A DNA stretch of 64,000 nucleotides. It comes from the human T2T-CHM13v2.0 reference genome, Homo sapiens. Position 1 is the first letter of the stretch, and each line of letters starts with the position of its first letter. The translations under genes and the position numbers were made by a program. A model generated the notes under the pieces. The model was given only the letters and a program-made list of their open reading frames with translations, was not told the origin of the DNA and ran no database searches. Positions 39,601 to 58,790 of this stretch are shown here, one piece after another. The stretch lies in assembly GCF_009914755.1 (NCBI RefSeq), contig NC_060946.1; one strand, 5' to 3'.

Positions 39601-41899
39601 ACCCCTCCCACCCCTCCCCTCTCCCCAGCCCTCCCTCCTAACCCTGTCGGCCCCTTGAGGTGCCCTCCCGGCCCCGGCCCTCCTCTCCCATCCCCACGTT
39701 CCTCCACGGCAGCCTCCACGCCCTGCCCTGCCCTGCCCTGCCATGGGCCTGAGGATGTCCCCACCCGCTCTGATGGCCACCTCGGGTCACTTCTCCTCAG
39801 CCCATACCCTGGCCTAACCCCCACCCTGAGCCTCCAGTCCCTCCAATCCTCACCCTTTATGTCCCCCAGCCCTGCATAGATACAGGCATCGTCACCAGCC
39901 ACGGCAATGGATCCCGTCCACCTCCCACCCGGCCACTCCAGACCCAAATTCAGCACTGGCTTCAGCCTCCTGCCATTCTTGCTGGGTCTCAGGAGGGAAC
40001 CGGGCCAGCCAGGTGCTGTCTGGGACTGTAGGCTCTGAGCCTGGTCCCTGCTCAGTTCCAGCAGCCAGTGGGCCAGGGGTGCTCAGCTGAGGACCCCCAC
40101 TCCATCCAGCCTGCCGTGGGGCAGCCGGCCTGGCCTGATGCTGGCTCAGACAGACTCATGAGGAATCTGAGCTCTGAAAACCGCAGCTCCGAGCTTGCCT
40201 GTTTGTTTGCTTTTGAGAAATTCCAACCTGGTTCAGCAGAGCCTTGGAGGAGGGAAGGGATTTGTCAGGTCTGGGGTGGGGCTGGGGCAGGCTTGTGGAT
40301 GTGGGGAAACCAAGGCTGAATCTGGGCACAGGGACCCAGTGGGGAAGCCGGGAGAGGGTGCCTAACTGGGCCTCCTGGGGGGTCCAGCTGTGATTCCCCC
40401 TCCCCAAACCTCACGCCAGGCCTGGAGGCTCCACAGGGGCTATGGAGGCAACAGCCACCCTACTCACAGTGCTGGGAGGACCTGCGGGGCTGGGAGGGGC
40501 CCAAGGAGGCCCTGCAGCAACAATAGTGACATCAGCTGGGGAGCTGCAATTGAGGGCCCACATGTGCTGGCTCCATCCACCCATGGGGCCTGCAGCATTC
40601 TCCCCACTTCTCAGATAGCATCACTGAGGCTTGCAGAGGCCAGGGCGTGTTCCCAGACACAGAGCCCTGAAGGGTGAAGCTCGCTCCTGGACCCAGCTCC
40701 TGAGACTGGGCGACATCACCACGCTGGTTCCTCCCTGTGCAGAAGGGCCCAGAGTACAGGGGTCCTGCCGAAGCAGTCCTGTTCTCCTTTGAAATGAAAT
40801 ATTGCCAGCCTTCTCACCAGCTCCTTCCCCTGGGAAGGCGGGAGACCAGACAGAGTTGGCAGCCCCCAGCCCTGCATCGCCACCCCGACCAGGGAAAGCT
40901 GCCTGTGCAACTAATCTCTCCAGGCCCCGGTCCCCCTCTGCCCACGGGCTTGGGGATCCTCCACAGGTCTCAGCAAAGGGGTTCCCGTGCTAGAGCCTTG
41001 CCCATCAGGGACACTCCCCAAAACCTGCCCCAGCCTGGGCAGCCCACCTGCCTTTGGCCCCAGGTCAGTGAGGGCGCCTCAGGTCAGCCCCCACAAGCAC
41101 AGGGGGAGATATGAGCAGGGTCTGCCCAGAGCAGTGGGCAGGGAGGCTCAAATGCCAGCCTGGGCACCTGGGCACAGTCCTGGCCTAGGAGGGACAATCC
41201 AGCAGCCTTGGGGGCTTGGCCAGGGAGCAGAGTGGACCGAGAGGCACAGGGTGTGGGGCCAGTCCTCCCCTCCACTGAGACAGGATTTCCACACAGTCTC
41301 TTCCAGCAGTCACACTGGGCTGTCACAGTGACAGTATGGACTACTTGAATCAATTGAGCATTTAATGAAAACTGCAAGTGTGATATATTTGACTACTTTA
41401 AATGCTTTAAGCATCTTTAAAGAGAGATACAACATATCCAATGTTTACGGGGGCATGGCCTCGTTAGGACCCATTAACAAAGGTGCTGAGGTCACTGGCT
41501 TAGTTGTCATTCCTCATTGCCTCTGGCCCTGTCCCCAGAGCCTTCCTTCTCAGAGCTTCCCAGGGCTCATTCGCCACCAAGCAAGATTCAGGGTTGGGGT
41601 CTGAGCATGGAAAGTGGCCTCCCAAGGAGTTCCACCCAGAAGGTTCTCTGTAGACCGATCTTGTCTTGAGAGTCTCTTCCAGTACCAATGTCCAAGGAAG
41701 CAGGCTGGCCAGTCGGATGCCATCATCCGAGTGCATCCCCTTCAGAAATGACCCAGCAGGAGAGGACTGAAATATTGCATTCTTCCTTCCTCACACAGCA
41801 GCAAGCTTCCACAGTGCTTCGCCCAAGTCAAGTCAATCCAAGGCACATGTGAGCATCGTCATTATTGTAGAAGGGTTACAGTGGCCACTGTGAGTGATA

Positions 41900-42355
41900 A
41901 GCCTGCACATGTGTGCGCCTGTATGTATATCTGCTACATGTGCTGTGTGTGCACACTCTCTCACACTGGTGTCTGTGTTGGTGTCTGCTATGTGCATGTG
42001 TGTGCCCATGCTCACGTGTGTCTATGTACAGAGGTGCATGCATGCCCGTGCTCACGTCTGTGTACATGTAGAGTGCCCATGCTTGCGTGTCTGCAGGCAT
42101 ACAGTGTGCATGTGTGCGTCTGGGCCCAGTCCGTGTGTCTGCATGCAGTGTGCCTGTGTGTGCCCATGCTCACGTCTGTGTGTCTGATATGTGCATGTGG
42201 ACACATGTGCCCATGGTCACAATATTGGTATGCTCACATGTGTAGGCATATGTGCCCACACTCCCATGTATGTGTGCCTGAGTATGAACATGGTGTGAAC
42301 ACACACATACACTCATGCTCATGCTCATGAGTATGTGTGCACGTGGTGGTGTGGG
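41900..42355. repeat. Degenerate (TG)n/(CATG) low-complexity repeat
   Basis: Recurrent GTGTGCCCATGCTCACGT units in a TG-rich background. Confidence 0.85.
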
Positions 42356-43779
42356 TGCTTGAACATGGGCAAATGGGAGCTACTGTCCAGTCAGGGTTCC
42401 CTGCTGCCCAGAGGAACTGGAGGGGCCTGTCTGCACGTGTCCATCTTCTGGCCACTCACCCTCAGCCAACACTCCTCCAGGGTCTTTTGGGACAAGTCCC
42501 TTCCCCTGGCAAGTGTGGCTCCCCCTGCTGGGGCCACAGAAGGGAAGGGGGCTAGCAGGGACTGGTTCCTCAGCTGGCCCGCCAGGCTGAGATCCAGCCA
42601 CCTCACCAGCCTGCACATAGGTCTTCCAGGGTCTCAGAGCCTCACCTCTGCCTGGCTGCACCTGGGGTGGAGGGGCTAGTGTGGCCAGGAGATGGACAGA
42701 CAGATGGACAGCCAGCTCCCCATGTGGCTGGGTCCTCCCACCAAGTGGGCAGCTAAATCAACAGCCTCAGAAATTGGAGAGGGGTCCAGGGCTGGGCTGT
42801 CCATCAGTCTGTCTGTTTGTTTGTTTGTTCTGGAGTTGTGGGAACTTCCAGTCTGCAGGGAGTCCTGGTGCCTGGCGAGGTCGGGGGGCAGAGGGTGCCA
42901 TTACCCATCCGGCCAGCCATCCCTCTCATCATCTCCCCACATCTGTCCTCCTGGGAACTTGGCCCAGAACATCGCACCCATAGTTGCGGGGGACAGCTAG
43001 GCCGGGTGACAGGAGGTTGGGGACCAGCTGTATGCGGCTGGCTGTGCAGACCCTGGCCGGCCCCCTCCCGGCTGGGAGGAGGCTGGTGTCACACGGCTGT
43101 GTGCTTCCCTGTCCAGTCTTCTCTCCACCCATTACCCCATCCCATGTCTGCCTCTCTCAGGGTCTCGCTGTTCTCTTTGTCAATCCTGCAGTCTTTTGTC
43201 CCCCAGGGTCCAGGCACTAGGACTCTCAGGCGGGTCAGACCCTGCCCTGGGACCAGGGAGCAGATGGTGCTGGGGCCTAGGAAGAGTCCCAGGGGATGCT
43301 CTGGGCCGGGTGAGGGGGCCACACCTCCTGTCATCCTGTCCAGTGTCCTCCCAGCCACAAGGTGTGCACACCAGGCTGTGTCTAACTCCCAGGCCTTTGC
43401 CAGCTATGTGGTCAGCCTGGTCCTGACCAGACTCACAGGGACACCTCCTCCAAGCCCTGGGCCCCTTCCTGGGAACGTGGCTGTGGGCCTGGAGCTCCTG
43501 GGCAGGGTTCCTGCCTGCTGTCTGACACACCCCCCAGAGCTTGGAACCAGCCAGAGTACCCACGACCCCAGCAGTTTGAGTAAAGGCCCAACACCAAGGA
43601 GAACACGTGGGGGTGGGCTTGGTGAGGACTTCCGTGTCAGGAGGCGGGCGCCAGGGAGGAGAGAGGTCCAGGGAGGGCAAGGTCAAGGAGCAGTGGGACC
43701 ACCTGAGCCACAGGTTGGGGAGGACTCCCATTGAGACCCCAGGCTGGGTAACAGGAACGGCCTCCTTCTTCATCGCAGG

Positions 43780-46050
43780 CAGTGTTTGCGGTGGCACAGG
43801 AGATCCGGCGGTGGACCCAAATGCGCCCTGCCCTGGCAGGCAGGGAAGTAGACCGCTTCTGTCTCCAGCCCTCCCTGGAGGCGGACCTGGCCCCTGTTCT
43901 GGCTCTGGCTTGGGTCCCTCCACTCCAGGAGTCCCCAGCCCCCAGTTCTAACTCAGCACCCGCCCCAGAGGCTGCAAACCCACTGCCTATGCACAGAGGG
44001 AGACAGCACTCCCGTCAACGCCTCCGCATGCAGGACCTAATGTCCGACCCGGCTTTGATGCAGATCCCAGCTCGCTCCCGTGCCGGCTCCCGCTCCCGCT
44101 CCTCCCCCGCCGCCCCCGCCCGCGGTTCTTCTCTCGGCTTGGCGGCTGGGGTCCGACGAAGGGGCAGAGGCCACAACTCAGCGGCCCCGCGGGCAGCCCC
44201 GGCACGCGGCCCCACCCGCCCGCCTCCCAGGCTCGGGGTCTCGGCTCGTCCACGGCCACGAGGGTCGCCCGGAATGTCGCGTTCGCCGGTGCTGTGGGCC
44301 AAGCACTTTCGTGGGATGGAGGGACGATTGGGGAGCGCCCGAGGCTGCTGTGTTGGCGCCCGCCCCCGAGGGCTGGGAGTCAAGAGGTGGGAGTGGAGAG
44401 GGGAGGAGAGGGCAGAGCTCCTGGGCGCGCGGTCCTGTCCGGGTTCCGGCGAGGTTTGGGCCCCCAGCCGCCCGCCCTTCTCTGGGGCCCGGGGCTGAGC
44501 TGCTGATGGCGGGAGGGAGGACGGTGAGGGCAGCTCCTGGCGGCGGGCCTTCCCCGAGACCCCGAGGCCGCGTCCAAATAGGCGCTGTAAGCAACTCCAG
44601 GCGGTCCATCCTAAAACGAATTAGCAGGGTCAAGTAAAGCCCGGCTCCTCAGTGCTTCCCTTTGCACGGTGCGCGGCGGAGCCCGATTCTGCTCTCTCCA
44701 TACTCTGAGGCCTAGAGGAGGAGTCCCCCGTGCACCTCGAACCTCCGGCCGGTCTCTTCTGTGTGTATATTTGCCCCAAGTAGCCTGGGACCAATGCTGG
44801 GGGCGCAACTTGCCTGGGAAACACAGCCCAGCCCAAAGATCCTGGTATACTGTCTGCCCACCAGGGACGCACGGGAGGTAAAGGAGGGTGCGCGGCAACC
44901 CAGCGGTGCTCAGAATTCTGAGCAGTGGGGAGGTGCTGTGCCTTTATGGATAGGAGGGGAAGGGGGTCCTGCTGGGTGGGCGTGAGGGTGCCTGTCTGAA
45001 GGCTCCCCTGAGGGAGCCACGTGTGTGCAGGGGAGGCGGAACTGGGCAGACAGATGGGCGGCCACAATTCTCCAGCGGCAGCCTACCTGCGCTAGGGAAA
45101 AAAACTTCTGGAATTAGGGTTTGCTTCACCCACAACTACGAAGACTGGGGTGGGGGGCGAGTCTCAGCACACTGGACTCCCTTGGGGCAGGGCTGAGGTG
45201 CAGCCCAGACAGCAAAGGCCGCCGCGGGTCCTCGGTCGCATCCCTCCCTTCAGCCTCCTGCACTCAGCCAAGCCTCTGCTCCCCACCCCTTACCTACCCG
45301 AGTGGAAGCCAAGCTTCGGTTTTCCGGCCTGTAAAATGGTATCATAGCTCCCATCTCGCCCCCTGCGCTGGGAGAAATGGGCGTCTTGTCTTCGCTGCGC
45401 ATTGCATGCGGAGGAGCAGATGTCTCAGCCCAGGCCCTAGCCTTGCATCGAGCCCTGAGGAATCAGACCCTGCGACCCCTAGCCGCGCCTCACCTTCCTG
45501 ATCCACGCAAGGGAGCTCCCAGTCAGGCCTCCTATCGCGCGGGTGTGGAGGTGCGGCCGGCAGGGGGAGCGAGGAGGAAGGGAACCGCGGCCGGGCCAGG
45601 TGAGGGAGGGAGGAACACTTGCCGCGGGCCGTGCTGAGGCGCTGCGTTCGCGTGCGGAACCCGCGTGTGCCGGGCTAGGGCCATCCGACGGGCGCGCTCC
45701 CTCCGGGCTGCGGGAGGGCACGACGGGTGGGGTGGCGGCAGGTGAAGAGGAGTGTGGGCGGGTGGCGGGGTGGCGGGGCGGCGGAGCGCGGCGGGGCGGT
45801 GCCCTAGGCGGGAGGGAGGGTCGGAGGAGCCCTATCCTGCTGCGCGATGGAGGCGGTGGAGGCGGCGGCTCCGGCTGGAGGCTGGGACGGCCTCGCGCTT
45901 CGAGGGCTTCCGGGCCCCTTTAGCCGAGGGCTCCTGGAGGGTCCCAGCGTTGAGCAACGGGGTCCGGGGGTCCGAAATCAAGCGAGTGAGTATAGGCAGC
46001 CGGTGGGGTAGGGTCGGCCGACGGAGCCGGCTGGGTGGGGCCCCTCACCT
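43780..46050 (+). promoter_or_regulatory. TBX1: CpG-island cluster around the distal TBX1 promoter
   Basis: CpG-dense blocks 44000-44760 and 45480-46050. Confidence 0.75.
45557..45599 (+). other. TBX1: TBX1 non-coding first exon (distal promoter); 5' end approximate
   Basis: Strong donor CAG|GTGAGG at 45599/45600 inside a CpG island; sequence matches my recollection of the TBX1 mRNA 5' end joined to 48412. Confidence 0.65.
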
Positions 46051-48497
46051 CTTCCCGTCGCCCTTCTGGTTGACCAGGGTTTCCTCCACCCTGACGGCCT
46101 CTTCTCTGCTGTGGCAAGCTGGCCGCCCCTGCCTGCCTGCAGGTCCTGCTCAGGCACGAAGGGGTTAATGCGGGCTGGAAGGGCTCTGCTCCTCCCTACA
46201 AACCTCAGGCACAGAGGTCTGGGGACCTCTGGACCGATCCTTGAGCGGCTGACCCAGAGTCTCCAGGAGGCCCCAGGGTTTTTCACTTTCACTTCTCCCT
46301 CCTCAATGTTGGCCTCACCCACAGGCCCCACATCTGGCCAGTGCCCTGAGGTGTGTGCAGATGTACACAGGACACAAGCTTGGGCATACCCTCAGGCTGG
46401 GGCACATGCAGGAGCCCCACCCCCATGCCCCCACCGACTGGCCCAGGCCTCTCTGGGTGCAGACTGCCAACACAGGCACGTCTCCTGCAACACTACCAAA
46501 TCTGCGGCCACCAGCATCCCTACCACCCGCCTCCACGGGACTGTCCTTCCTGCAGGAGCAGCTCCTGGGGACAATGGCTGGTCCTGCTCAGAGAGGAAGG
46601 AAAGGGGCCTGGAACCAGCTGGTCCATCCCCACACAGCACTCCTCACTGGACTTGTCCCTGGGTCCCCTCAGTGACACTGAGAGACATAAGTCATTGTCA
46701 CTGTCATGGCCCAGAATGACTACTCAGGGCAAGAAAAATGCACTAAGGACAGCTTCCCTTTTCTGACATGGCCCACAAAGCTCCAGCTGCAGGCGGCAGG
46801 GGTTGTGGGGGGCAGGACATGAGGCACCCCATACAGGCAGCAACACACACCACATCCCAGACAGGCAGCACTATTCGTATACTCACCCACTGCGGCCCTG
46901 GACTCACATGCGTTCCTGAACCTCAGGCCCAGGGCCAGCCTCCCCACTGGCGCCCAGCCCCCCAGCCCGTTACTGGGCCTTCCCAGTTCCCAGCCAGCAT
47001 CCTCTCCAGCCCAGGGTCTGAGGTCCTGAGATCCTAAAAACCCTGGGAGAGGTTGCCTGCCTCCCACTCCCATCCTGAGCATGCACAAGCGAAGGCTGCA
47101 ATGAGGTTGTATACAGAGAGGCCTTGCAAACAGTGGCCCTGACCACCAGCACCAGGGAGGCTCCAGCAAGGCACAGAGGCTCCAGCAAGGCACAGAGGCA
47201 CAGAGCTGAGGTTGACACCCAGCTGGAGAGGCCCTGTACAGGAAAGCCATGGGTGCGCTGAACTGGTTAGAGGAGACCCTGGAGACAGTAGGTGGGGAAA
47301 CGCACAGGCCAAGTCAGGCCTTGGCGTCTGGGATGCCTGGGCCTAGAAACCAGGCAGAGCGGCGGGCCTCGGCCTCACTCTGCCCAGCCTGGTCGGGCCA
47401 TAGAGCTTCTCCCGGCAGGCAGGCTGGCTGCTGGGTGCCGGGGGGCAGCATACGACCCAGTGGCCTGAAGTTCTCCAACATGTCCTCGTGTCCTCGGCTC
47501 CCTCGGCTGGCCAGGCTCCGCCCCCGGCCCTCCCTGCGCCCGGCCGGTGCGCAGGGAGGTCGGAGGAGCGGGCACTGCCCACCCTCCGGATGTATAAGCG
47601 TCCTGGCCAGAGGCGGGCGGTGCGCGCAAGTGCGCGTGACGCTCGGGCTCGCGGGCTGCGCAGCCTGGGCAGCGTCCCTCTGCTGGGGTCTCCAGCGACG
47701 ATAGTGAGCCAACTTCAGGGGGCTGTTGGGCATTTACTGGGCTGGGTCCTGTCCTGCTGCGCCAAGGAACAGAGGACGCTGCGGCCCTGGGGCTCCTGTC
47801 AGTGGCCGGTGCGAGAGCCCAAGCTGCCCTCTCCTCACCCAGGTGCAGGGGCAGCCAGGGAGGAGGTGGAGGCGGGAGGGGCCAAGGGCAGGGGCAGGGC
47901 TGGGCTCCGGCAGCCACTCGCTGCTTCATGGGTGCCCTGCCACCTCGGGCTAGGGCTGGGTGCTGCTGGCATAGACACCTCTCCTCGGGGGGCTGTAGAA
48001 GCTGACGGTGGCTTCGCTGCACAGAGAAAGGCCGTGCCTTGGCAGGAGCAACGGGATGTTCAAGGGGCGTTGGTCATGGAGGTCCCTGGGAATGGAGGAA
48101 GGGGGCAGGGAGCTTGGAAAGCAAGAGGGCCCTGCACTTCCAGGGTGCTCCACCCGTCTGGGCCCCTCGGCTGCTACCAGCCCCAAGTGGGGGGCCCATG
48201 ACGCCATAATCCTCTGGGCCAGGGGCCCCTGGCTGTGAGTGGCACCACAGGCCCCCGCCCCCGGACTCCGTGGGCTGGGCTGGGCTGGGCGCGGTGCGGC
48301 TGGGCACACGCAGTCGGAGGCGGCGCCGGCCAGGCCGCCGGGCGCCTATGGACGCGCGGAGCCCGCTGTCTCCCCGAGCCAGTGCGTTCAGCATCGCCTC
48401 TCTGGTTGCAGCCGAGGCGGCGGAGCGCACCGCCCACCAGGGCTCAGGGTCCTCCGACCGGGTGAAGCTTCGCTGGCTGCCAGGATCCCCGGCAGGG

Positions 48498-48531
48498 ATG
48501 CACTTCAGCACCGTCACCAGGGACATGGAAG
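48498..48531 (+). CDS. TBX1: TBX1 alternative coding start (MHFSTVTRDME) in exon 48412-48531; 495-aa isoform C
   Basis: Acceptor TTGCAG|C at 48411/48412, donor G|GTGAGC; phase 1 joins the internal acceptor at 49758 (G+CC=Ala, AFTASSL); 34+376+1078=1488 nt. Confidence 0.92.
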
Positions 48532-48779
48532 GTGAGCCTCCAGGCCGTGTCTACACTGGCCCGCCCGCCAGACCCCCTGCCTCAGCTGCTGTGGGGCCCG
48601 GGTGCAAAGTAGGTGGAGGCAGCTCTTGGTAGCGTGGGCTCCAGGCTTCTGGCTGCGATTCTGGGGCAGAGAGGAAGAGCCGGCATCCCGCCCACAGCCT
48701 GTCCCCTCACCAGCCTGGGGGCCCAGCTTGGAGATGGGCACTCAGGTATACACAGGCCCGGAAGAGGGCGAGTGAGGCT

Positions 48780-55720
<6,941 letters not shown>

Positions 55721-56161
55721 CACGGGCCCTGTCGCGCTCCCGCCCCGGTCCTGCACAGCCCCGAAGTTCGCCGGGCCCGGCCACCCTGCCCCAAGGGCAA
55801 GCAAGGAATACGTTCCCCCAGCCCCAGGGGCCACCGCGGCTCTCCCCTTCCCCAGCCTCGAAGCCATGGGGGCCCCCTCGCCACCCCCAGCCCCTTGGGC
55901 TATCGAAGTATCCGGTTCCCCAGTCCCTGGAGCCACCGCGGGTCCTTCCCCGGCCCCGAGGGCCAAGGGGGTCCCCGCCCGCCAGTGCCAAAGCGCCCGG
56001 TCGGAGGCGGAAGGAAGTGATATTTATTGTTCTCCCCGAGACCGCGTCGCCCGCGGCCCGGCCGGCAGTTGCAGTGTAGACAGCCCGAGAGCCCCGCCTG
56101 CAGGCGGTGTAGATACATGTAGATACTGTAGATACTGTAGATACCGCCCCGGCGCCGACTT

Positions 56162-56167
56162 GATAAA
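56162..56167 (+). terminator. TBX1: Probable non-canonical poly(A) signal GATAAA for TBX1 isoform C
   Basis: No AATAAA seen in the 3'UTR; GATAAA is preceded by TGTA elements and followed by GT/T-rich sequence (GCGTGTCCATTTATTTGTG). Confidence 0.65.
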
Positions 56168-57804
56168 CGGTTTCGCCTCTTTTGGAAGCCGCCTGCGTGT
56201 CCATTTATTTGTGCCCAGTTAGATCGCGTTGGGAATCTTCGGGACAGCGAGCCCGGGGTAGCTCAGGGCCCTCAGGGCCTCCCCAGCCCCAATCCCTGCC
56301 GACTGTAGGTCGGTCCCGGTCCCACAGCGCCCTGTCCGCCACGCCCCCTGCCCTCTCCCCGCCCCATAGGGGCTCCCACTGCCCCTCCCCTCTCCGAGGC
56401 CCCTCCTGCCAGGCCTGTGCACTCCCCCCACCTTCCCACCGTCCCGTCTCATCCCAACCTCCCCAGGGCTGGTGGTACCGCCCAGGTGTGCATCCTGCCT
56501 TTTTACTTAAATTCCTCCCACCTGCAGTTGTCCCTATTCTGGGACTTGGGCCTGCGCCCTGGCCTGTTTTCGGGACAGATGCTTGTGCTTTTCCATGGAA
56601 GCTGGGAAGAAGGGTCATGACAGACACTGCCGGTCGGTGCTGGGAGGGGGAGAAGCCCCTGACCGGGATGGGGTCATGGAAAGACAAAAACAGGCAGCAC
56701 TGTTCTGCTAGCATTTCCCCTGCCGGCCTAGCCCAGGCCCGCATGTTCCCTCCTTAGTGACTTTATTTGCTGTGAGTGTCCCTACGGAGTGACCTGGCCA
56801 GGGGGCACAATGACAGTAGCCATGAGTCATCTTGAGACCTGTGTATGAAGCATTTTTCCCAGGCCAGGTGGCTAAGGGACCTCTCCCCGTTAACTCAACA
56901 CCAGGGATGGGGCGAGAGGAACTCTTTGATCCCTCCCTTCCTGAGCGCAAGCAGGAAGGGCTGACAGCCGGTCAGCGCCAAGGCTGCTGACTTGGACACA
57001 AGATGAACGGGAAGTGCACGTGGCCGAGGCTCTGTCCCCCACCTCCCGTGCCTGTCCCAGTGTGTTTGTGGCAACTGCTGCCTTCTAGGCCACTCGGCTC
57101 ATCACCCCACGTGGTAGCGGCAGCCTGAGTGCCACCTCTCCGAGGGCACAGCCAGGAGTTTCCAGATGTCCACCCTCGCGGACCTGTTTTTCGTATACAT
57201 GTTTGCTCTGGCGGCGTGAAGTGAGTGGGGTCTTAGTAATTGAATGGCAGGAACCATTCCCAGAGGCCAGTCTAGGGTGGGAGGGGGTCTCCAGGGGCCA
57301 TCCAAAGCCTCAAAGGGCATCTAGCACCAGAGAGTGAGGACCTCTGCAGCATCTGCCCAGGCTCCGTGAGCACGGCTTTGGAGATGCATTTGGGGGGACG
57401 GCTGTGGATGCCCATTCCCAAGTCCTGATCCCCACCTGCGTGAACTTGGGGCAGCCATTACCCATGTGCCCCACGGTGGGTGGGGCTTTGCACTGCAGAG
57501 GGCCTCCCTCTCTTGCTGTCAGAAGGCAGCCATTCCGTACTCCACATCCAGGATGTGCGGAGGGGCTGCCATTCGAGACCTCCGCCTTGGTTTTGTTCAG
57601 AGCTAAAGGGAGGAAAAGCCCTCCCCTGAACAAAGAGCAAACACAGTGTTTGTAAATGAGGGTGGGACACACAGCAATGTGCAAGGACCCTGAGTGTGCA
57701 GCAAACTGGCCTGTTACCGTGCCCCTCCTGTTGGGATGGCCATGCAAGATGGAGCACCCAGCCGTCCAGCAGGGCCGCCGCTGGCCATCCGGGGCTGTTC
57801 GCAT

Positions 57805-57806
<2 letters not shown>

Positions 57807-57848
<42 letters not shown>

Positions 57849-58129
57849 AGACTGAGTCGCGCTCTGTCGCCCAGGCCGGAATGCCGTGGTGCGATCTCGG
57901 CTCACTGCAACCTCCGCCTCCTGGGTTCAAGTGATTTCTTTTGCTTCAGCCTCAGAGTAGCTGGGACTACAGGAATGTACCACCATGCCCGGCTAATTTT
58001 TGTATTTTTAGTAGAGACGGGGTTTCACCATGTTGGCCAGGCTGGTCTCGAACTCCTGACCTCAGGTGACCCGCCTGCCTTGGTCTTCCAAAATGCTGGG
58101 CTTTCAGGCATGAGCCATCACACTCGGCC
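57807..58129 (-). mobile_element. Alu SINE (AluS-like) with 41-nt pure poly(A) tail
   Basis: T41 at 57807-57847, then GAGACTGAGTCGCGCTCTGTCGCCCAGGC...CTCCTGACCTCAGGTGA. Confidence 0.95.
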
Positions 58130-58574
58130 ACACGTCCTAATGAACTAGGATTCATTAAACATTCAGGTCCTCACTGGCCCCATTCCAGGTGCTCCGTGGC
58201 TCACAGGCCGCGGGTCACCACACTGCTGCTGTTGCTGCTGAGGGCACTCCCACGCTGGGCAGTGGCCCCCAGAAGTGTGGGTTTCCTCCCCTCCACCTTT
58301 GTAGATGAGTTTGTGCATCTGAGAACTTCTTGTAAATGAGAGCTCGCAGGCCGGCGTCTGGGTGGCAGCTTCCGCTGGCTGTGTGTCTGCAAGACTGGCG
58401 CACGCCGCTGCTCACCGTCCCTCATGTGCTCAGTCCTCAACCAGTGCCCAGTGATTGCCTGCCCGCTGCGGGGGCTGTCTGGCTGATGCCCCAGCCACTA
58501 CCGTTCCTGTGGAGGTGACGTTCCCATGGGCAGCTGCCCTAAGGCCTGGCTTCCAGCAGCTTCCTCTGTGACAG

Positions 58575-58790
58575 CTGTGATCTGAACGTTCACCCCCAAG
58601 GTGATGGTGGCAGGAGATGGAGCCTTTAGGCGGTGATTAGGTCACGAGCGTGGAGTCCTCATGAGTGGGATTAGTTGAGTGCTACGCTGCTCACAGACCT
58701 CCAGCCTCCAGAACTGGAAGAAATAACTGTCCATTGTTGATAAGCCACCGGGCCTATGGTCATTTGTCCTAGCTGCACTACTGGACTGAC
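58575..58790 (+). mobile_element. MaLR LTR fragment (MLT1A-like), internally deleted
   Basis: CCCCAAGGTGATGGT..GGAG.TGGAGCCTTT.GG.GGTGATTAGGTCA.GAG and CCAGCCTCCAGAACTG..AGAAATAA...TAAGCCAC....CTATGGT.ATTTGT hallmarks. Confidence 0.75.

Noticed and set aside
47157-47205. 19-bp tandem duplication (GAGGCTCCAGCAAGGCACA x2); similar 16-bp duplication at 59798-59828
   Set aside because: Ordinary slippage duplications with no functional cue
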